Assembly: GCF_963921235.1 (NCBI RefSeq)
Contig: NC_086107.1
Location: forward strand, 108,378,001-108,442,000
Reading direction: 5' to 3'
DNA: 64,000 nt
Source of the DNA: Mobula hypostoma
Taxonomy: Eukaryota
In this document: in pieces, positions 33,001-45,304 of the stretch
Layout: each line of letters opens with the position of its first letter
How positions within the stretch are numbered: position 1 is the first letter of the stretch
The notes under the pieces: model-generated
Told to the model about the DNA's origin: nothing
Database searches by the model: none
Seen by the model: only the letters and a program-made list of their open reading frames with translations
Position numbers and translations under genes: made by a program

Positions 33001-36000
33001 TGTATCCCAACACATCCCACCCTCTCCCACACTGTACTCCAACACATCCAACCCTCTCTCACAGTGTACCCCAACACATCCCACCCTTTACCACACTGTA
33101 CCCCAACAGATCCTACCCTGCGTCACACTCTACTCCAACACATCCCACCTCTCGCACACTGTACCCCAACACACCCCACCCTCTTTCACACTGTACCCCA
33201 ACACACCCCACCCCTTAATGCACTGTACCCCAACACATCCCACCCTCTCTCACACTGTACCCCAACACATTCCACCCTCTCTCAAACTGTAACTCAACAC
33301 ATCCCACCCTCTCTCGCACTGCACCCCAACACATCCCTCCCTCTCCCACACAGTACCCCAACACATCCCACCCTCTCACACACCGTATACCAGCACATTC
33401 CACCCTCTCACACACTGTACCCCAACACATCCCTCCCTCTCTCACACCATACCCCAACACACCCTGTCCTCACCCACACTGTGCCCCAACATATCCCACC
33501 CTTTCTCACACAGTACCCCAACACATCCCACCCTTTCTCAAACTCTACCCCAACACATGCCAGCCTCTCTCACACTGTACCCCAACACATCCCACCCTCT
33601 CCCACACTGTACCCCAACACATCCCACCCTCTCTCACACTGTACCCCAACACATCCCACCCTCTCCCACACTGTACCCCAACACATCCTGTCCTCTCTCA
33701 CACAGTACCCCAACACATCCCACCCTCTCTCTCAGGGTACCACAATACCTCCCTACCTCTGTCACACAGTACCCCAGCACATCCCGCCCTCTCTCATACT
33801 GTACCCCACCACATCCCACCCTCTCTCAAACTGTACCCCAACACATCCCACCCTCTGTCACATGGTACTCCAATACATCCCACCCTCTCCAACGCAGTAC
33901 CGCAACATATCCCTCCATCTCACGCACTGTACCCCAACACATGCTGTCCTCTCCCACATTCTACCCCGACACATCCCATCCTCTCTCACACTGTACCCCA
34001 GCACATCCCACCCTCTCACACACTACACTTCCCACGCTCTCTCACACCGTACCCCAACACAACCCACCCTCTCACACACTATACCCCACCACATCCCACC
34101 CTCTCTCAAACTGTACCCCAACACTTCCCACCCTCTGTCACATGGTACCCCAATACATCCCACCCTCTCCAACGCAGTACCGCAACATATCCCTCCGTCT
34201 CACGCACTGTACCCCAACTCATGCTGTCCTCTCCCACACTCTACCCCAACACATCCAACCATCTCTCACAGTGTACCCCAGCACATCCCACCCTCTCCCA
34301 CACTGTATCCCAACACATCCCACCCTCTCCCACACTGTACTCCAACACATCCAACCCTCTCTCACAGTGTACCCCAACACATCCCACCCTCTCCCACACA
34401 GTACCCCAACACATCCTGTCCTCTGTCACACTGTACCCCAACACATCCCACCCTTTACCACACTGTACCCCAACAGATCCTACCCTGCGTCACACTCTAC
34501 TCCAACACATCCCACCCTCTCGCACACTGTACCCCAACACACCCCACCCTCTTTCACACTGTACCCCAACACACCCCACCCCTTAACGCACTGTACCCCA
34601 ACACATCCCACCCTCTCTCACACTGTACCCCAACACATTCCACCCTCTCTCAAACTGTAACTCAACACATCCCACCCTCTCTCGCACTGCACCCCAACAC
34701 ATCCCTCCCTCTCCCACACAGTACCCCAACACATCCCACCCTCTCACACACCGTATACCAGCACATTCCACCCTCTCACACACTGTACCCCAACACATCC
34801 CTCCCTCTCTCACACCATACCCCAACACACCCTGTCCTCACCCACACTGTGCCCCAACATATCCCACCCTTTCTCACACAGTACCCCAACACATCCCACC
34901 CTTTCTCAAACTCTACCCCAACACAACCCAGCCTCTCTCACACTGTACCCCAACACATCCCACCCTCTCCCACACTGTACCCCAACACATCCCACCCTCT
35001 CTCACACTGTACCCCAACACATCCCACCCTCTCCCACACAGTACCCCAACACATCCTGTCCTCTGTCACACTGTACCCCAACACATCCCACTCTTTACCA
35101 CACTGTACCCCAACAGATCCTACCCTGCGTCACACTCTACTCCAACACATCCCACCCTCTCACACACTGTACCCCAACACATCCCACCCGCTCCCACACA
35201 GTACCCCAACACATCCCGCCCTCTCGCACACTGTACCCCAACACACCCCACCCTCTTTCACACTGTACCCCAACACACCCCACCCCTTAACGCACTGTAC
35301 CCCAACACATCCCACCCTCTCTCACACTGTACCCCAACACATTCCACCCTCTCTCAAACTGTAACTCAACACATCCCACCCTCTCTCGCACTGCACCCCA
35401 ACACATCCCTCCCTCTCACACACTGTACCCCAACACATCCCACCCGCTCCCACACAGTACCCCAACACATCCCTCCCTCTCACACACTGTACCCCAACAC
35501 ACCCCACCCTCTTCCACACTGTATCCCAACACATCCCACCCTCTCCCACACTGTACTCCAACACATCCAACCCTCTCTCACAGTGTACCCCAACACATCC
35601 CACCCTCTCCCACACTGTACCCCAACACACCCCACCCCCTAACGCACTGTACCCCAACACATCCCAACCTCTCGCACACTGTACCCCAACACACCCCACC
35701 CTCTTTCACACTGTACCCCAACACACCCCACCCCCTAACGCACTGTACCCCAACACATTCCACCCTCTCTCAAACTGTAACTCAACACATCCCACCCTCT
35801 CTCGCACTGCACCCCAACACATCCCTCCCTCCCCCACACAGTACCCCAACACATCCCACCCTCTCCAACACTGTACCCCAACATATCCCACCATCTCTGC
35901 ACTGTACCCCAACACATCCCACCCTGTCTGACACAGTACCTCAACACATCCTACCGTCTCCCACACTGTACCACAACCAATTCCATCCTCTCTCACACTG

Positions 36001-38046
36001 CACCCCAACACATCCCACCGTCTCTCACACTGTACCCCAACACATCCCACCCTCTCTCACACTGTACCCCAACACATCCCACCCTCTCACGCATTGTACC
36101 CCAACACATCCCACACTCTCACACACTGTACCCCAACATATCCAGCCATCTCTCACACAGTACCCCAACACATCCCACGCTCTCTCAAACTGTACCCCAA
36201 CGCATCCCAGCCTCTCTCATACTGTACCCCAACACACCCCACCCTCTCTCACTGTACCCCAACACATCCCACCCTCTCTCACACTGTACCCCAACACATC
36301 CCACCATCTCTCACACTGTTCCCCAACACATCCCACCCTCTCCCTCAGGGTACCACAATACCTCCCTACCTCTGTCACACAGTACCCCAGCACATCCCGC
36401 CCTCTCTCATACTGTACCCCACCACATCCCACCCTCTCTCAAACTGTACCCCAACACATCCCACCCTCTGTCACATGGTACTCCAATACATCCCACCCTC
36501 TCCAACGCAGTACCGCAACATATCCCTCCATCTCACGCACTGTACCCCAACTCATGCTGTCCTCTCCCACACTCTACCCCAACACATCCAACCATCTCTC
36601 ACAGTGTACCCCAGCACATCCCACCCTCTCCCACACTGTATCCCAACACATCCCACCCTCTCCCACACTGTACTCCAACACATCCAACCCTCTCTCACAG
36701 TGTACCCCAACACATCCCACCCTCTCCCACACAGTACCCCAACACATCCTGTCCTCTGTCACACTGTACCCCAACACATCCCACCCTTTACCACACTGTA
36801 CCCCAACAGATCCTACCCTGCGTCACACTCTACTCCAACACATCCCACCCTCTCGCACACTGTACCCCAACACACCCCACCCTCTTTCACACTGTACCCC
36901 AACACACCCCACCCCTTAACGCACTGTACCCCAACACATCCCACCCTCTCTCACACTGTACCCCAACACATTCCACCCTCTCTCAAACTGTAACTCAACA
37001 CATCCCACCCTCTCTCGCACTGCACCCCAACACATCCCTCCCTCTCCCACACAGTACCCCAACACATCCCACCCTCTCACACACCGTATACCAGCACATT
37101 CCACCCTCTCACTCACTGTACCCCAACACATCCCTCCCTCTCTCACACCATACCCCAACACACCCTGTCCTCTCCCACACTCTACCCCAACACATCCAAC
37201 CATCTCTCACAGTGTACCCCAGCACATCCCACCCTCTCCCACACTGTATCCCAACACATCCCACCCTCTCCCACACTGTACTCCAACACATCCAACCCTC
37301 TCTCACAGTGTACCCCAACACATCCCACCCTTTACCACACTGTACCCCAACAGATCCTACCCTGCGTCACACTCTACTCCAACACATCCCACCCTCTCGC
37401 ACACTGTACCCCAACACACCCCACCCTCTTTCACACTGTACCCCAACACACCCCACCCCTTAATGCACTGTACCCCAACACATCCCACCCTCTCTCACAC
37501 TGTACCCCAACACATTCCACCCTCTCTCAAACTGTAACTCAACACATCCCACCCTCTCTCGCACTGCACCCCAACACATCCCTCCCTCTCCCACACAGTA
37601 CCCCAACACATCCCACCCTCTCACACACCGTATACCAGCACATTCCACCCTCTCACACACTGTACCCCAACACATCCCTCCCTCTCTCACACCATACCCC
37701 AACACACCCTGTCCTCACCCACACTGTGCCCCAACATATCCCACCCTTTCTCACACAGTACCCCAACACATCCCACCCTTTCTCAAACTCTACCCCAACA
37801 CATGCCAGCCTCTCTCACACTGTACCCCAACACATCCCACCCTCTCCCACACTGTACCCCAACACATCCCACCCTCTCTCACACTGTACCCCAACACATC
37901 CCACCCTCTCCCACACTGTACCCCAACACATCCTGTCCTCTCTCACACAGTACCCCAACACATCCCACCCTCTCTCAAACTGTACCCCAACATGTCCCAG
38001 CCTCTCTCACACTGTACCCCAACACATCCCACCCTCTCCCACATTC
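1..38046. repeat. Large tandem satellite array, 32-bp monomer (consensus CACACTGTACCCCAACACATCCCACCCTCTC[T/C]), about 1,190 units, open at the left window edge
   Basis: CTGTACCCCAACACATCCCACCCTCT recurs at a 32-nt period throughout. The + strand has only about 1 G per unit. All three + frames translate to the same 32-aa cycle (HTVPQHIPPSLTLYPNTSHPLSHCTPTHPTLS), as expected for a period not divisible by 3. Confidence 0.98.
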
Positions 38047-39555
38047 TAAATTATTACCTCACACTCACTCTTCTCTAAGAACACCCATTCCGATATACAC
38101 TGAACCCCAACACCACCCACCGTCAGGCACACTGTACCGACAACACAGTGTACCCATATAGCTTCCATCACACTGTACCCCTACATGACTGATCCTGTCT
38201 CACACTGTACCCCAACACTTCCTACCCTCTCACAGACTATATCCCAACACATTCCTGTCTTATCTCACTCTGTACCCAAACACCTGCCTGCACATATACT
38301 GTACCCCTACATCAACAGTCTCACATATACTGTATCCCAACATTCTCACACGGTACCCCATTAACTCCTTCCTTCACACACTGTACCCCAATACCTCCCG
38401 TCATCTCTCATAGTGTACAGCAACACCTCCTGGCCTCTTTCACTCTATACGCCAACACCTCCCAGCCTCTGTCACACTGTAGCCCAAAATCTCTTGTCCT
38501 CTGTCATACTGTACCCTAAACATCCTGTCCTCTCTCACACTGTACCCCAACACCTCTATATTCCATACGTTCCTGTCCACTATCACTCTCTATCCCAACA
38601 CCTCCTGCCCTCACACACTGTACCCCAACATCAACACACTCACGTACACTGTACACCAACACATCTCACTCTGACACACACTGTACCCCAACACCTCCTG
38701 CTTTCACACACACTTTACCCCAGTATCTTCTATCCTCTGTCGCACTGTACCCCAACAACTCCTACCTACACACACTGTACCCCAAACTGTACACCAATTC
38801 CTCCCACTCTCACACACACTGTAATCTAATACCCCCCACACACACACGTTCTAAAAGACCACCCACTCTGACACACCGATAACCAACACCACACTTTGTC
38901 AGACACACTGTACCAACAACACCTCCTGTCCTCCCACATAGTGTACCCAAATACTCTCCATCACACTGTGCCCCAACAGGTCTAGTCTTCTTTCACACTG
39001 TACCCCAATACCCCCTGTCCTGTTATACACTGTACCCCAATACCTCCTGTCCTGTTACACACTGTATCCAAACACCCTCTAACTTCTATCACACTATACC
39101 ACAACACTTCCCATGTTCTCTCATACTGTACCCCAACTACTCCCCTCCTCTCACAGTGTACCCCAACACCTCTTGCACCCTCTCACACATTGTGTCCCAA
39201 CATTTGTTGTCCTCTGTCACAGTGCATCATTACTCCTCCCACCCTCTCTCACATTGTACTCCAACACCTCCTGTCCTCTCTCACACTGTAACCCAACTCC
39301 TCCTATCCTCTTTCACACTGTACCCTAACACCTGTTTCCATCTCTCATGCTGTACACCAACACCTCCCGTCCTCTCTCACACTGTGACCCAACACCTGTT
39401 TCCATCTCTCACATTCTCCTATTATACCCCTCACACTGCACCCAACTCCTCCCAACCTCACACACACTGTATCCCCACACCTCCTGTCCTCTCTCACACT
39501 GTACCCCAACTCCTCCTATCCCTGTCTCATACTGTACTCCAACACCTCCTTACTT
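38047..39555. repeat. Degenerate margin of the 32-bp satellite (older diverged units, CACACTGTACCCCAACACCTCCTGTCCTCTCT-like)
   Basis: The CACACTGTACCCCAA core is still spaced at about 32 nt, but the flanks are heavily mutated and T-richer. It fades into unique sequence after about 39555. Confidence 0.9.
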
Positions 39556-40304
39556 CAGCCAGTCTATGCATTCAGCCCACTCTCTGGACATAATTGACAA
39601 AATACTGATAATGGGATCTGTGTAGGCAGTACAATGGCTGGAGAAATGGATCTGGTGGGCTGTAATTCCTGTTCTGTGCTGTACATCTCCTAGAACCTAT
39701 CACTGCATCGCACAATCTCACACTGTCACACATTCTTCACACCATTCATTATCCATTCTCATACACAAACTGCACCCCATTCTAACACCACCTTCTTATA
39801 CTGAGACATCATGTTTGTATTTCCAATGGCGTTCTTCTCATTTCACCAGTTTCCTACCCAATCTGCAACTGTCAAAAACAACTAAAGCTGTTTCACCTCA
39901 ACTGTCCACCTCATTTTCCTGCCTGCTCTGGGAATTATCTCCTGTTTACCGAGTCCTGGTATGGTCCCTCTGCAACTTGTGTCTTTCACCTCTTTCCTGC
40001 AATTTGTTTCCTATTAGATTCATCAAGGAGTGAGAAGACTGGTCTTGGACAAGGACTAGAGTGGCAGAGGTTGTTTTCCATCAAGTTGATTAAATGAAAC
40101 AGGGCATCCACAATAAGCTTGGATGGAGTAAGTTAACTGCTTCCAATAACACAAGTGCATTCATGTTAAAAGTTAAAGCAGAGGGAATGAAGAAAACTTT
40201 CTGATGCTGTGATTGGGACCTTTTGTTTAAAAGGTATGTGGAAGCATATTCAATAGGAAATTCCAACAGGGAACTGAAAAAGGAGATGAGTCCCAATGAA
40301 TCAC

Positions 40305-40390
40305 CTCAGCCCAAAACATCATCTCTTTATTCCTTTCCATGGATACTGACTGACTTGTGGAGTTCCTCGAGCATTTTATGTGTGTTACTG
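40305..40390 (+). mobile_element. Penelope-like terminal-repeat fragment (single decayed arm)
   Basis: cagcccaaaacatc...tttattcctttccatggatactgactgacttgtggagttcctcgagcattttatgtgtgttact matches the arms at 57785-57870 and 61150-61245. Confidence 0.6.
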
Positions 40391-40604
40391 AGGAAGAAGA
40401 CAGTCAAAGAACTAGCATAAACACAATAGATTGCTTAGCCTGATACAGGGTTACATGGCTGGTTGCCTACATATAAATCAATTGGTCCTTCTGGCAGAAC
40501 AAGCCTACACTGTCCAATGTCCCTGTCCAAGGTGCTGAAATAACTCAACATGTTTTTGCTTGGTACATGGAGTGCAAACATTTCTGGCAATAGCACTATC
40601 TACT

Positions 40605-40725
40605 GGGGCATCTGAAGAAAGTCCATGCAGCTGAGGTTAGAATATACAAATTCCTTACAGACAGTGTCAGGAATTGAATCTGGGTCACAGGCATTCTAAT
40701 AGTACCACGCTAATCACCATGCTTC
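40605..40725 (-). mobile_element. Decayed V-SINE (HE1-like) 5' fragment
   Basis: tacaaattccttacagacagtgtcaggaattgaatctgggtcac...cgctaatcacc resembles the minus-strand copies at 41540 and 46050. Confidence 0.5.
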
Positions 40726-41239
40726 CCTTAAATATTTTAGCTCATCTCAGCTCAGGACCTTAAGAGTTTAACCTACTGTTTTGTCCTCATAATTTTTGAT
40801 TAGCTCTCTTTTTGACTAGACAAAATTCCCTCTGGCAGTTGAATTGACCGTGAGCCCTGCTTGAACCCTGATCGCATGCAGCTAAAGCCAAGGCTCCCTA
40901 CTAACCTCTCAGCTTGGAGTACTCAATTATGATCCTTTAAGATGGTAAAGTGAATCCCATATCGCTGGATCTCCTTAGAAAGAGACTGCACAGATCTTGC
41001 ATACCGAAGTGTATGCGTGTCATCCATATGATTTCTGGTTCTTGTCTCTAGGAGTGCCCCCCAACCTATCACCCCACTACTATGCATCTTAGGTTCAAAT
41101 TACTGGACACCATCTCTCTAAACGGGTTGGTAGATTCCTGCGCTTTCTCAACCAAGCCTCATAATTTTTGCAGAGGGACAGAAGGTGGTTTTCAAAATTT
41201 ACTTGCAAGCATAAAGCTGATGGAGTTTCCGTGCGTGGG

Positions 41240-41470
41240 GGTGGGAGAGAGGAAACAGGCTTTGTTTGCTGATGCTGTTGATTCGTTGCTTGCTGTGCTC
41301 TGTGTTGTTCTGCCGAGCATCGTGGGCACGCTATGCTGGCTGCAGAATGTGTGGTGACACTTGTGGGCTGCCCCAACACATCCTAAGGTTGCATCAGTTG
41401 TTAATGCAAGCAACACATTTCACTGTATGTTTTGATGCACATTTGATAAACAAGATGAATCTAAATTTGA
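41240..41470 (+). mobile_element. Unclassified non-autonomous retroposon 3' portion
   Basis: GT-rich non-coding body ending in a LINE-like tail: catttcactgtatgttttgatgcacatttgataaacaagatgaatctaaat. Confidence 0.5.
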
Positions 41471-41539
41471 GGTTGGTCCATCTGCTGAATCATCCCTTTA
41501 ACTGATCAGCTTTGCTAATGTCCTCCAGGCAAGGAAATG

Positions 41540-41845
41540 TATTTATTTATTTACTTACTCAGATATACACTGTAGAGTAGGCCATTCTGGCCATTTGAGC
41601 TGCATCACTACAGCAATAAATGATTCAACCCTAGACTAATCACAGAACAATTTACAATGACAAATTAATCTACCAACTAGTATATCTTTGGGCTGTGGGA
41701 GCAAACCAGAGCACCTAGAGAAAACCTACACATTCCATGGGGTGGATGTACAGACTTTTCACAGATGATGTTGGAATTGAACTCTGCACTCTGAAGCCCC
41801 AAGCTGCAATAGCATTGCGCTAACTGCTATTCTACCATGACACCC
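41540..41845 (-). mobile_element. V-SINE (HE1-like tRNA-derived SINE)
   Basis: (ATTT)n tail at 41540. The V-domain reverse complement tgtgggagcaaaccagagcacctagagaaaacc is present, with B-box-like gaattgaac and A-box-like gctaactgcta. Homologous to 54661-54950. Confidence 0.8.
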
Positions 41846-42044
41846 TTTTGGTTGTTTCTTTTCATGAGTCTAGAGTCATCAGCGTGACGACCAGTACTTA
41901 ACTCCTTCCTTAGCTCTGAGGCAACTAGGGATGGATAGTCAATGGTGATATTGCCAGGAATGGTCACACTCCATGAACCAAGCAAAAACATGTCAAGTTA
42001 TTTCAGCACCTTGGACAGGGGCACAGGCCACAGATTTTTCTTAT

Positions 42045-42200
42045 GGTCGCAAATTATGCGGGAATTCAACAGCTCAGGCAGGTTTTATGGAGGGAAATAA
42101 ACAGTCATTGTTTTTGGCTGTGATGCTTCATCAAGAATGGTCATCTTGGCCTGAAACATCAAATGTTTATTCCACTCCATAAATGCTGCCTGATTTGCTC
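42045..42200. mobile_element. Short Penelope-derived fold-back (inverted terminal-repeat arms) with hammerhead relic
   Basis: The left arm caggcagg..tttatggagggaaataaacagtcattgttt is the inverse of the right arm gaaacatcaaatgtttattccactccataaatgctgcctga. ttcatcaag at the centre reads CTTGATGAA on the minus strand. Confidence 0.7.
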
Positions 42201-42204
42201 AAAC

Positions 42205-42416
42205 CCCCACCATCCAGGCCATGGTCTCTTCTTGCTGCTGCCAACAGGAAGGAGGTACAGGAGCCCTAGAACCCATAACACTAAGCTCAGGAACAATTAT
42301 CACCCTTCAAACATCAAGTTCCTGAACGCGTGTGGATAATTTCACTCACCTCAACACTGAACTGATTCCACAATCTACAGATCCACTTACAAGGGCTCTA
42401 AAACTCATGTTCTCAG

Positions 42417-42420
<4 letters not shown>
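42205..42420 (+). mobile_element. Rex-Babar LINE 3' fragment
   Basis: Encodes HHPGHGLFLLLPTGRRYRSP, the C-terminal HPxHxLFxLLPSGRRYRS motif seen in other copies here, followed by a 3' UTR shared with 56963-57326. Confidence 0.75.

Positions 42421-42488
<68 letters not shown>
42421..42488. repeat. (ATCT)n / GATA microsatellite, about 17 units
   Basis: Directly visible perfect tetranucleotide run. Confidence 0.98.
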
Positions 42489-42492
<4 letters not shown>

Positions 42493-42829
42493 AAGGCTAT
42501 AGAACAATCAGAACCATTAACATGACTGTGAGTAATTTCAGTCTAGGTCAAAACTACTTGGCTATCTGTCTCTCTTTGTGTGTATGTATGTACAAGAACT
42601 TATCTCTACTATTCCTCAGTAAGGTATGGAGTCTATTTGGCCCTTCTGCTTCCATGCTGTTCTTTGAGAAAAGTCACTGCATTAAGCTGAGCCCTGAAAT
42701 TCAGAGCCATTTTATGGAACAGATTTGCAGTTTTCTCTATACGTTAACCTGTTGATTTCAAGCCTGAAAAATGCAAGGCAGATAAATTCAGCTGAGATTT
42801 CATGAGAAACCCAGAATGCTGTCGAGTCA

Positions 42830-43290
42830 CAAATTTGTACGGGATAGAGATGGACTCTTCAGCCCATTATAAACTTCCTGCCTATTTATACTTACTGCAG
42901 TTGCATGCTTTAGGATTGTAACCTTCAATACCTTGGATATTTAAGTAACATTCTAATTGCCTCTTAGTACACTACAGATTTCAACTATGGGTAAAGAGCC
43001 TACTCCTAAGATCTCGTGCCCTCTTGTTTTTGATGCCTCTACCATGAAATTTTGATTCTCTACTCTATCAATGTCTCCATTAATCTTGTATATATTTTTG
43101 CTCGGTCACCCCTCAACCTCCTTCATCCCAGCCTATCCAATCTCTCTCTGTAACTCAAGTTTTCCAATCCAGGCAACATCCTTTGCTCCAGGGAAAAAAA
43201 AATAGGTCAATGTATCCCATCTCACTCAGGTCCTCTAACCCAGGCAATGTCCTTGTTCATCAGCTTGGCACTTTTTCCTGCATAACCACA
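42830..43290 (-). mobile_element. Old CR1 LINE 3' fragment
   Basis: The minus strand near 43180-43130 reads RMLPGLENLSYRERLDRLG, the CR1 ORF2 C-terminal motif also seen at 48611 and 61700. Confidence 0.7.
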
Positions 43291-43489
43291 TCTGTTTAAC
43301 CACCCGGTATGTTGAATAAACAGGAAAAAAAATAGAAATATGTGGGGATATGGGAATAAAGAGGGCTGAAAAAGGTGTTACTGATAGCACCTTTTCTGAA
43401 GCAAATTGTGGTAAATTGTCACCATAATCAACGAAGAGGCAAGTGAAGGCAAAGCGAGTTCAAAGGATGAGCCGTACTGGTGCATTTCA

Positions 43490-44120
43490 GAATCGGATCC
43501 GATGGATTGAGCCATTCGGAGAGGAGAAGTTGAGGCAGCGGAATTCTGATGCATGTGCAACCGGCTCAGGATGTGTGCTTGGATCGCCCTGGGTGCAGAG
43601 CTGATTTGAAGAGATTGAGAGCGGCTTTGGGCTGGGAGATGAAACCTGGGCCCGGGGCGAGTCACTGGGTGATGAGTACCAGGCCCAGAGCCTTTCACTG
43701 CAGTGGTGCCTGGGTTCTAGTGGGTGGTACGGGATACTGTTTGGACAACCTAAATGCCAGCCCAGCTAGACTGGAAAGACCGGGTGTCAGGAGCAGAGGC
43801 GAGAGCTGATTTCACTTGCCCTCCACAATAGTCACTCCTCTCTCCATGGCGCTGAGTCTATGAAGACTGCCCCGGCTGCTGTGCTCCATGCCCACTAATA
43901 CGATGAAGTGATACCAAGGCTATCCTGAGTTGAGATCTAAGGACTCAATTTGGATCAGTGTTTTGTTGCTCGCTCCTATTGCTTGCATGATTTGTTGTTA
44001 TTTTTTCCTTTCTCTTCCACATCGGGTGTTGGTCGTTTTTAGGGCAGCCTGTAAGCAAACAAATCCCAAGGTGTATAATATATACATTCTTTGATAATAA
44101 ACGTACTTTGAAACTTTGAA
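43490..44120 (+). mobile_element. Unclassified non-autonomous retroposon, family B (copy 1)
   Basis: Shares ttggacaac(c/t)taa(a/g)tgcc(a/g)gcccag.tag.ctggaa, gatctaag.actca and the tail caaggtgt.taat.tatac...ctttgataa.aaa.gtactt with the reverse complement of 48421-49593. Ends in actttgaaactttgaa. Confidence 0.7.
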
Positions 44121-44209
44121 GTGAGAATGGAGTGCATAGTGATTATATAGAGTATCCTTCAATGTGTTTGTGGCATTGGGACTACAAACATGGAGTAGGA
44201 TTTAGTTCT

Positions 44210-45285
44210 ATGGCCTAGGCCTCTGTACCTCTCTCTGCAGTCGGACCCTCGAGTTCCTAACTGGAAGACCACGATCTCTGCGGACTGTTGACAATATCTC
44301 CTCCTCGCTGACTATCGGCACTGGTGCACCTCAGGGTGCTCAGCCCACTGCTCAACTCTCTCTATGCTCATGACTGTGTGGCTAGGCTATAAATTTGCTG
44401 ATGATACAATCATTGTTGGTAGAATCTCGGATAGAGAAGAGAGGGTGTACAGGAGTGAGATATGCCAACTAGTGGAGTGGTGTCGCAGCAACAACCTGGC
44501 ACTCAACATCAGTAAGATGAAAGAGCTGACTGTGGACTTCAGGAAGGGTAAGATGAAGGGTAATCCTCATAGAGGGATCAGAAGTGGAGAGAGTGAGCAC
44601 TTTCAAGTTCCTGGGTGTCAAGATAACTGAGGACTTAACCTGGTCCCAACATATCGATACAGCTATAAAGGAGGCAAGACAGTGGCTATACTTCATCAGG
44701 AATTTGAATAGATTTGATATGTCAACAAAAACACTCAAAATCTTCCATAGATGTACAGTGGACAGCATTCTGATAGGCTGCATCACCAACTGGTATGGGG
44801 GGGGGGGGCGCTACTGCATAGGACCAAAAGAATCTGCAGAGGGTCGTAAATTTTGTTGGCTCCTTCTTGGGTACTACCCTATAATGTACCCAGGACATCT
44901 TCAAGGAGCGGTGTCTCAGAAAGGTAGCATCCATTATTACAGACCCCAGCACCCAGGGCATGTCCTTTTCTCACTGTTACCATCAGATAGGAGGTCCAGA
45001 AGCCTGAAGGCACACACTCAGCGATTCAGGAATGGCTTCTTCCCCTCTGCCATCCGATTCCTAAATGGACATTGAACCCGTGAACACTACCTCACTTTTT
45101 AAATAGATAATATTTCTGCTTTCGCACAATTTTTAATCTATTCAATATACATATAGCATAACTGATTGATTGATTGATTTTTCTTCTTCTCTATTAGGTA
45201 TTGCATTGAACTGCTGCTACTACGTTAACAAATTTCATGACACATGCCAGTGACAATAAACCTGATTCTAATTCTGACTCTGAGT
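44210..45285 (+). mobile_element. 5'-truncated Rex-Babar LINE, frameshifted reverse transcriptase pseudo-ORF plus 3' UTR
   Basis: TGAPQG and YKFADDTIIVG RT motifs, then LVEWCRSNNLALNISKMKELTVDFRK, FKFLGVKITEDLTWSQHI and HPGHVLFSLLPSDRRSRS...RFRNGFFPSAIRFLN. Tail gacaataaacctgattctaattctga. Confidence 0.92.
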
Positions 45286-45304
45286 TTGTCATGCATTAAG
45301 AACA

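Noticed and set aside
54..37705. Numerous minus-strand Gly/Val/Cys/Trp-rich ORFs
   Set aside because: Antisense translation of the same satellite. Their length simply tracks runs of the CCC variant, which lacks TGA.
1..38046. CRISPR array (about 32-bp repeats)
   Set aside because: Units are contiguous with no unique spacers, there are no cas genes, and the context is vertebrate.
1..38046. V(D)J recombination signal array (CACAGTG and CACTGTG heptamers in some variants)
   Set aside because: No ACAAAAACC-like nonamer at 12 or 23 bp and no V, D or J segments. The heptamers arise from single changes in CACACTG.
1..38046. True telomeric or yeast-type long telomeric repeat
   Set aside because: Only scattered single CCCTAA hexamers. 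Vertebrate telomeres are (TTAGGG)n, and multi-unit block duplications indicate recombination rather than telomerase synthesis.
1102..38161. Long + strand ORFs (up to 1140 aa at 19672-23094 and 1264 aa at 31570-35364) resembling His/Pro/Thr-rich mucin or extensin proteins
   Set aside because: The monomer has no + strand stop in any frame and 32 is not a multiple of 3, so all frames give the same peptide. ORFs overlap in all frames, end at recurrent variant-created stops, and lack a signal peptide or unique domains. Several duplication offsets (2752, 2453, 3910, 8534) break frame.
40018..40130. Candidate exon after acceptor ttgtttcctattag
   Set aside because: All three frames stop before the first strong donor (gtaagt at about 40128), so only a weak donor would rescue it.
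41371..41383. CCCCAACACATCC match to the satellite monomer inside a retroposon as a possible seed
   Set aside because: Only 13 bp of low-complexity match, and the flanks do not align.
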